DNA of 64,000 nucleotides, taken from NCBI GenBank assembly GCA_038230375.1, contig JBBRNJ010000007.1:96001-160000 (forward strand), read 5' to 3'. Below the pieces are notes generated by a model. The model was not told the origin of the DNA. It worked only from the letters and a program-made list of their open reading frames with translations, and searched no databases. A program made the translations under genes and the position numbers. Every line of letters begins with the position of its first letter. Position 1 is the first letter of the stretch. This DNA is from Polyangiales bacterium (GTDB taxonomy: Bacteria; Myxococcota_A; Polyangia; Polyangiales; Polyangiaceae). Shown here in pieces: positions 58,526 through 64,000 of the stretch.

Positions 58526-60010
58526 TCACTCGGGGTCGAGCGGCAGGTTGAGCGCGATCTTCCGCAGACCGTCGCGGAACGCGCGCATCGTCGGCGGGCG
58601 CTTCGTGGCGTCGGTGGAGAGTGCCTCGGCGACCCACGCGGCGAGCTCCGCATCGATGCCGGGGACGAGCTGCGCGAGCGAGCGCGGTGAGTGCAGCATC
58701 TTCTGCGCGAAGAGCTCCTCGATGGTGTTGCCGTCGTGCGGGAGCGTCCCCGAGAGGCACTCGAACAACGTGACGGCGAGTGAGTAGATGTCCGTGCGAA
58801 GGTCAACGGTCTCACCGCGCGTCTGCTCGGGCGACATGTACGCGGGCGAGCCCATGAGCATGCCGACGGTCGTGAGGTCCTCTTCCTGATCCGGATCGCG
58901 CTCGCGCAGCTTCGCGAGGCCGAAATCGCAGACCTTCACGAGGTCCTTTGGATTGCCGTCGTCGTCGCGCGAGGACACCAGCATCAGGTTCTCGGGCTTC
59001 ACGTCACGGTGGATGATGCCGATGTCGTGCGCGAAGGCGATACCGCTCGCCGCCTGGATGATGAGGTCCACGGCGTTCTTGGCCGGCAGCTTTCCAGACG
59101 CCGCGAGCACAGCCTCGAGGCTTCGACCCACGAGCAGCTCCATCACGATGTAGAGGAGGCCGTCCTCTTCGTGGCCGAAGTCCGTGACGCGGGCGACGTT
59201 CGGATGCTCGAGGCGGCTGGCGGCGCGCGCTTCGCCACGGAATCGCTGCACGAACTGGTTGTCGTTTGCGTGCTGCTGGTGGAGGACCTTGGCCGCGACG
59301 GAGCGACCGAGATCGATATGGTGTGCCTTGTAGACGGCCGCCGTGGCGCCGGTCCCCAGCAGCGCATCCAGGCGGTATTTCTTGCCCAGCATGCGCCCGA
59401 TCATCCGGTCCTCGGGCACGCCGGTGATCTGGCTCACGGGCTCGTCGTCGGAGTCGAACGAGGCCTCTTCGATGATGAGCGAAGGGTCCGTGCCCGCGTC
59501 GCCCATGGATGGTGGAGCGGGGGTCCGACGCATGGGCAGGATGATCATCGCGACGGAGTCGGCCAGATCGTCGGGCCCGGGCGGGACGTAGGAGCCGTGC
59601 TCGGATGCAGTTGAGATGGGCGAGGGGACGTCCGACGTGTCGAACGTGAGGGACTGCATCACGGTGCGATCCGAGCGCGGCGCGAGCCCCGGGCTGCTTG
59701 ACGTGGGCGGGAGATCGACGATGCTCGGCACGTCGAGCTTCTCGATCAGCTGGAAGAGCTGCGCCATCTGCGGGCGCGTGACGGGACGCACGGCAAGCGG
59801 AAAGCCCGCGGTGGTCTCTGGCCCTGCGGGCTCTGAGAGCAGCGTGATCGGCTCGTCACCCGGGACGTCGATCTCGAGCAGGTGCTGGCCTGCGATGCGC
59901 GGCTTCTCCACGAGCGGCACGTACGCGGTCTGATGGAGGAGCGCAGTGCGCAGGACGGATGCGACGTCGCGACCCGTGGTCAGCTTTGCGCGTAGACGAG
60001 GGAGGCTCAA
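58526..60010 (-). CDS. Cytoplasmic Ser/Thr protein kinase
   Basis: GTGATAAV, VAAK, HRDVKPEN, DFG, YMSPE; TTG start inferred. Confidence 0.92.
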   Translation of the reverse strand: MSLPRLRAKLTTGRDVASVLRTALLHQTAYVPLVEKPRIAGQHLLEIDVPGDEPITLLSEPAGPETTAGFPLAVRPVTRPQMAQLFQLIEKLDVPSIVDLPPTSSSPGLAPRSDRTVMQSLTFDTSDVPSPISTASEHGSYVPPGPDDLADSVAMIILPMRRTPAPPSMGDAGTDPSLIIEEASFDSDDEPVSQITGVPEDRMIGRMLGKKYRLDALLGTGATAAVYKAHHIDLGRSVAAKVLHQQHANDNQFVQRFRGEARAASRLEHPNVARVTDFGHEEDGLLYIVMELLVGRSLEAVLAASGKLPAKNAVDLIIQAASGIAFAHDIGIIHRDVKPENLMLVSSRDDDGNPKDLVKVCDFGLAKLRERDPDQEEDLTTVGMLMGSPAYMSPEQTRGETVDLRTDIYSLAVTLFECLSGTLPHDGNTIEELFAQKMLHSPRSLAQLVPGIDAELAAWVAEALSTDATKRPPTMRAFRDGLRKIALNLPLDPE

Positions 60011-60017
60011 GGTTCGG

Positions 60018-60935
60018 TCAGGAGCTCGCGGACTTCTTCTTGCCCTCGGCAGAGCGCGGCGAAGCCTTCTTGGGGCCCTTCGCGGCCGGTTTCTCCTCGT
60101 CGGTCGAGGTCGTGGTCGAGGTCGGGGTGGAGGTCGAGGTCGAAGCCGAGGTCGTGGTCGTGTTGGCTGCAGCCGCAACGCTTCGCTTCAGTGCCTCTAG
60201 CAGGTCGACGATCTTCGCCTTCGGCTCCTCGGCCGCCATCGTGATCTCCTTGCCCTCGAGCTTCTTGTCCGCCGCGGTGCGGACGCGCTCCGCATAGAGA
60301 TCGCGGTATTTCTCGGGCTCGAACTTCGCGACCTTCAGCTGCCTGATCAGCGTGTCCGCGAGCTCGGTCTCGATCGGCTTGAACTCGAACGAGCCGCCGG
60401 TCTCCACCTCGGAGAAGGCGCGCAATTCTTCTGCGTAGTACGTCTCGTGGAGGATGAGGCCCTTCTGGTACGCGCGCACCAGGACCAGGTTGTCCTTGCC
60501 GCGCGTGGAGAAGCGGCCGACCGCGCAGAGGCCCGAGCGCTCCAGCGATTCTGACAGCAGCCGATAAGCGCGCTCGCCGCCCTTGTCGGGGCCCAGGAAG
60601 TAGGTCTTCTCGATCTGCAGCATGTCCACGGTGTCGAGCGGTGCGAACTCGATCAGGTCGAGAGCGTCCGTCCGCTCCGCCTCCAGCGACTTCAGCTCGT
60701 CGTCGGAGAACCGCACGAAGGTGTCGCGCGCGGCCTCGAAGCCCTTCACCATGTCCTTGCGCTCGACGATCTCGTTGCACGTGGCGCAGTGGTACTGTTG
60801 CTTCATGCGACCCCCGCACTTGTTGTGCAGAAGGTTGAAGCTGACGGACTTCGCCGAGGCGGCCGTGTACAGCTTGATGGGAATCGAGACGAGGCCGAAG
60901 CTGATGGTGCCCGAGCCAATGGAACGCGCGCTCAT
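60018..60935 (-). CDS. ku: NHEJ Ku protein
   Basis: GTISFGLVSIPIKLYTA, VKGFE, VDLLEALKRS, Lys-rich tail. Confidence 0.96.
   Translation of the reverse strand: MSARSIGSGTISFGLVSIPIKLYTAASAKSVSFNLLHNKCGGRMKQQYHCATCNEIVERKDMVKGFEAARDTFVRFSDDELKSLEAERTDALDLIEFAPLDTVDMLQIEKTYFLGPDKGGERAYRLLSESLERSGLCAVGRFSTRGKDNLVLVRAYQKGLILHETYYAEELRAFSEVETGGSFEFKPIETELADTLIRQLKVAKFEPEKYRDLYAERVRTAADKKLEGKEITMAAEEPKAKIVDLLEALKRSVAAAANTTTTSASTSTSTPTSTTTSTDEEKPAAKGPKKASPRSAEGKKKSASS
60103..60162. repeat. Degenerate hexamer array (GTCGNN-like)x10 inside ku
   Basis: Encodes TTTTSASTSTSTPTSTTTST. Confidence 0.85.
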
Positions 60936-61010
60936 GCGAAGAAGCGTACCGGAGTCCATCGCGCCGTGAGAAAAACCCGGTCAAAAAAGAGCGTTTCGAG
61001 CACAGAGAAC

Positions 61011-62048
61011 GTGTCGGATGTTCAGCCGCAGGGCGCGCCTCGTGCCTCGGATGAGGATGTCTATGGCGCCGCAGCCCTGGCGGCGGGCGGGGTTGTCGCC
61101 GAGGTGCTGGCGGCCGGAACCCAGCCAATGCTCTGCGATCGGGCTGCGGTATCGCTCACGCTGCCGGGTCACTTCTATGAGCTCAAGCTGGACGGAGTGC
61201 GCATCCTGGCCGAGAAGAACGGCAACACGACCGAGCTCTTCTACAGGAGCGGCCGGCGTGCCACGGACAGCTACCCGGAGATCGCTCACGCGGTGTCGGC
61301 GCTCGAGCCCGCGCGGCTCCTCCTGGACGGTGAGATCATCGCGTTTGACGAGCACGGGATCCCGAGCTTCGAGCGGCTCCAGCACCGCATCGCCCCGCAC
61401 CCGGGCAAGGCCGCCAATCTGGAACCCGTCGCGTTCGTCGTGTTCGACGTGCTCTCCGTGTGTGGCGTGAGCGTGCTGCGTGTGCCGCTTGCGAAGCGAC
61501 GCGAGCTGCTCGAACGCGTCGTGCCCGAGAGCGGCGTGTGCACACGATTCCCGGTGGCCGTCGGCGACGGCAACGCGCTCCTCCAGATGTGCAAGGAGCG
61601 TGGCATGGAGGGGCTGGTCGCGAAGAGCCCGACCTCGACCTATGCGCCGGGCGATCGCGGCCCTGCGTGGGCGAAGATCAAGATCACGCGCGCCGCTGAC
61701 TTCGTGGTCGTGGGCTTCACGAAGGGCGAGATGGGCAAGCGTCGCCTGCGCGCGCTGTGCCTCGCGTCCTGGGAGGACGGGCAGCTCCGCTATCGCGGCG
61801 ACGTCGGCAGCGGCTTCGACGACGCGGAGCTCTCCGCGTTCGAGGGCGCATTGAAGGAGCTCACCGCCAGCGCTGGCGACGCACCGATCGCGGGCCTCGA
61901 TCGCGATCGAAACCGCGTGCTCGTGCGACCCGAGATCATCGTGCGCGTCGAATACCAGAGCGTGCTCAGCGAAGGAGTCCTCCGCTTCCCCGTTTTCAAG
62001 GGTTTGCGCCCGGATCTCGCGATCACGGACTGCGCGCTTGGCGAGTGA
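61011..62048 (+). CDS. ATP-dependent DNA ligase (LigD ligase domain/LigC-type, no Pol or PE domain)
   Basis: ELKLDG, LDGEI, FDVL, EGLVAK, WAKIK, LRFPVF; GTG start inferred. Confidence 0.92.
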   Translation: MSDVQPQGAPRASDEDVYGAAALAAGGVVAEVLAAGTQPMLCDRAAVSLTLPGHFYELKLDGVRILAEKNGNTTELFYRSGRRATDSYPEIAHAVSALEPARLLLDGEIIAFDEHGIPSFERLQHRIAPHPGKAANLEPVAFVVFDVLSVCGVSVLRVPLAKRRELLERVVPESGVCTRFPVAVGDGNALLQMCKERGMEGLVAKSPTSTYAPGDRGPAWAKIKITRAADFVVVGFTKGEMGKRRLRALCLASWEDGQLRYRGDVGSGFDDAELSAFEGALKELTASAGDAPIAGLDRDRNRVLVRPEIIVRVEYQSVLSEGVLRFPVFKGLRPDLAITDCALGE

Positions 62049-62421
62049 ACGGCACGCGCCGTGCTAGCCTCGTAGGCATCGCAGTCAGACGAGATTGACA
62101 GGCTCGTCCAGAACAGCTGCGGCCTCTCGGACCGGCAGCCCGCCCCCATTCGTCAGCAAACGGGTGTCGGAGCGAGCGGTCTCTCACCGGTCGCGCGCAA
62201 GAACCCGAAGGTGCTGGGCGCACAGATCCGCGTTGGCGCAGCAACGACGGGTGACGGCACGCCTACGCGGTTGACGATCTTGCCAGCGGGCACCTCGGAC
62301 GAGTTGAAGACATGCGTCACCGGCGCGATAGCGCCACTGCCCGCTGGCGACACGAAGAACACGCAGCTGCTCTTCGACGTGCGCATCGACAAGACCCCGA
62401 AGTAGCGAGTAGAACGCGGCC

Positions 62422-63969
62422 ATGTCCGCCGACCAGAAGCAGCCGCAGCAGCAGCAAAAAGGCAAGAGCGCCATCTCCCCCACGCGTAGCGAGGACTACG
62501 CGGAGTGGTACCAGCAGGTCATCAAGGCCGCCGACATGGCGGAGAACTCGCCAGTGCGCGGCTGCATGGTGATCAAGCCTTGGGGCTACGGCATGTGGGA
62601 GAACATCCAGAAGACGCTCGACGGCATGTTCAAAGACACGGGGCACGTGAACGCGTACTTCCCGCTGTTCATCCCGCTCTCGTTCTTCGAGAAGGAGGCC
62701 GAGCACGTCGAAGGCTTCGCGAAGGAGTGCGCGGTGGTCACGCATCATCGCCTGGAGGCGAAGCCGGGCGGAGGCCTGCAGCCCGCGGGCGAGCTCGACG
62801 AGCCGCTCATTGTGCGCCCGACCAGCGAGACAATCATCGGCGCGATGTTCGCGAAATGGACGCAGAGCTACCGCGATCTCCCGATCCTGATCAATCAGTG
62901 GGCCAACGTCGTTCGGTGGGAAATGCGCACGCGCCTCTTCCTCCGCACCGCGGAGTTCCTCTGGCAGGAGGGCCACACCGCGCACGCGACCGAGGTTGAA
63001 GCGCGCGAGGAGACCATGAAGATGCTCGATGTCTACGCGACGTTCGCGCAGGACACGATGGCAATGCCCGTCATCAAAGGCGAGAAATGCTCGTGGGAGC
63101 GCTTCCCCGGCGCGGTCGACACATACTCGATCGAGGCGATGATGCAGGACCGCAAGGCGCTACAGGCAGGCACGTCGCACTTCCTCGGGCAGAACTTCGC
63201 GAAGTCGTCCGGCATCAAGTACCTATCGAAGGAGGGCAAAGAGGAGCTTGCGTGGACCACGTCGTGGGGTGTCTCCACGCGGCTCATCGGCGCGCTCATC
63301 ATGACCCATGCAGACGACGACGGAATGGTGATCCCGCCGAAGCTCGCACCGAAGCAAGTCGTACTGCTCCCCATCTACCGGAACGACGCGGATCGCGCGC
63401 GGGTGCTCGAGCACTGTCAGGCGCTCGCGAAGGAGCTCAAGGAGCAACGCTACGGCGAGGAGCGCGTGAAGGTTGAGGTCGACGACCGCGACATGCAGGG
63501 CGGTGAGAAGGCCTGGTACCATGTAAAGCGCGGCGTCCCGGTCCGCATCGAGGTCGGCCCGCGCGACATGGACAGCGGGGTGGTCTCCGTCATGCGCCGC
63601 GACAAGGGCGTGAAGGAGCGCGAGAACATCCCGCGCGGCGAGATCGCCGGACGCATCGTGGGCATCCTGAGCGAGATGCAGCAGGGCCTCTACGATCGCG
63701 CGCTAGCGTTCCAGAAGCAGCACACCAAGGAGCTCGCGAAAAAGGAGGACATCCTCGCGCACTTCACGCCGAAGAACGCGGAAAAGCCGGAAATCCACGG
63801 CGGATTCGTGCTGGCGCCCTTTGTGGACGACAAGGCCGTTGCAGAGGCGCTGTCCGAGCACAAGGTCACGGTGCGCTGCGTGCCGATCGATCAGGAGCCG
63901 CGCCCTGGCGTCTGCCCCTTCACCGGCAAGGCGACAGACAAGTGGGCCATCTACGCAAAAGCGTACTGA
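62422..63969 (+). CDS. proS: Proline--tRNA ligase, archaeal/eukaryotic-type
   Basis: RPTSET, NQWANVVRWE, LQAGTSH, TSWGVSTR, C-terminal AKAY. Confidence 0.97.
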   Translation: MSADQKQPQQQQKGKSAISPTRSEDYAEWYQQVIKAADMAENSPVRGCMVIKPWGYGMWENIQKTLDGMFKDTGHVNAYFPLFIPLSFFEKEAEHVEGFAKECAVVTHHRLEAKPGGGLQPAGELDEPLIVRPTSETIIGAMFAKWTQSYRDLPILINQWANVVRWEMRTRLFLRTAEFLWQEGHTAHATEVEAREETMKMLDVYATFAQDTMAMPVIKGEKCSWERFPGAVDTYSIEAMMQDRKALQAGTSHFLGQNFAKSSGIKYLSKEGKEELAWTTSWGVSTRLIGALIMTHADDDGMVIPPKLAPKQVVLLPIYRNDADRARVLEHCQALAKELKEQRYGEERVKVEVDDRDMQGGEKAWYHVKRGVPVRIEVGPRDMDSGVVSVMRRDKGVKERENIPRGEIAGRIVGILSEMQQGLYDRALAFQKQHTKELAKKEDILAHFTPKNAEKPEIHGGFVLAPFVDDKAVAEALSEHKVTVRCVPIDQEPRPGVCPFTGKATDKWAIYAKAY

Positions 63970-64000
63970 CCGCGGTCAACCACCAAGCGTCCGCGGCCAC

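Noticed and set aside
62076..62405. Short open frame between ligase and proS
   Set aside because: No convincing start or RBS; may be a gene remnant but cannot be supported
1..64000. IS elements, integrases, prophage, tRNA, rRNA
   Set aside because: No recognisable motifs seen; intergenic gaps are short

Overview
High-GC bacterial chromosome segment. The gene repertoire (Ser/Thr kinase + TPR/PEGA pair, MYXO-CTERM-like protein, Cys-rich lipoproteins) points to a myxobacterium, probably Polyangiaceae/Labilithrix-like (inference). From left to right it holds: envelope and lipoprotein genes with a penta-heme cytochrome; a Tat-exported IorAB-type molybdoenzyme with a di-heme lipoprotein; a thiOSGE cassette that looks Bradyrhizobiaceae-like; and a ~21 kb signalling island. 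The island has four histidine kinases, a sigma54 activator, a stand-alone His-box mini-protein, two duplicated MCPs and a cheW-R-B-Y-(REC/CheX)-W-A cluster behind a clear sigma54 promoter with tandem enhancer palindromes. After the island come a frameshifted porin, a sAC-like dual cyclase-STAND-TPR protein, and an operon of four tandem double-YbjQ genes coupled to a deoxynucleoside kinase and divergent from an EVE gene. The window ends with Ku + Ser/Thr kinase, an ATP-dependent ligase and proS. Three (NNCGAC)n hexamer arrays are present. I saw no rRNA, tRNA, CRISPR array or mobile element. All family calls come from recognising motifs by eye, not from database searches, and several start codons are best guesses.
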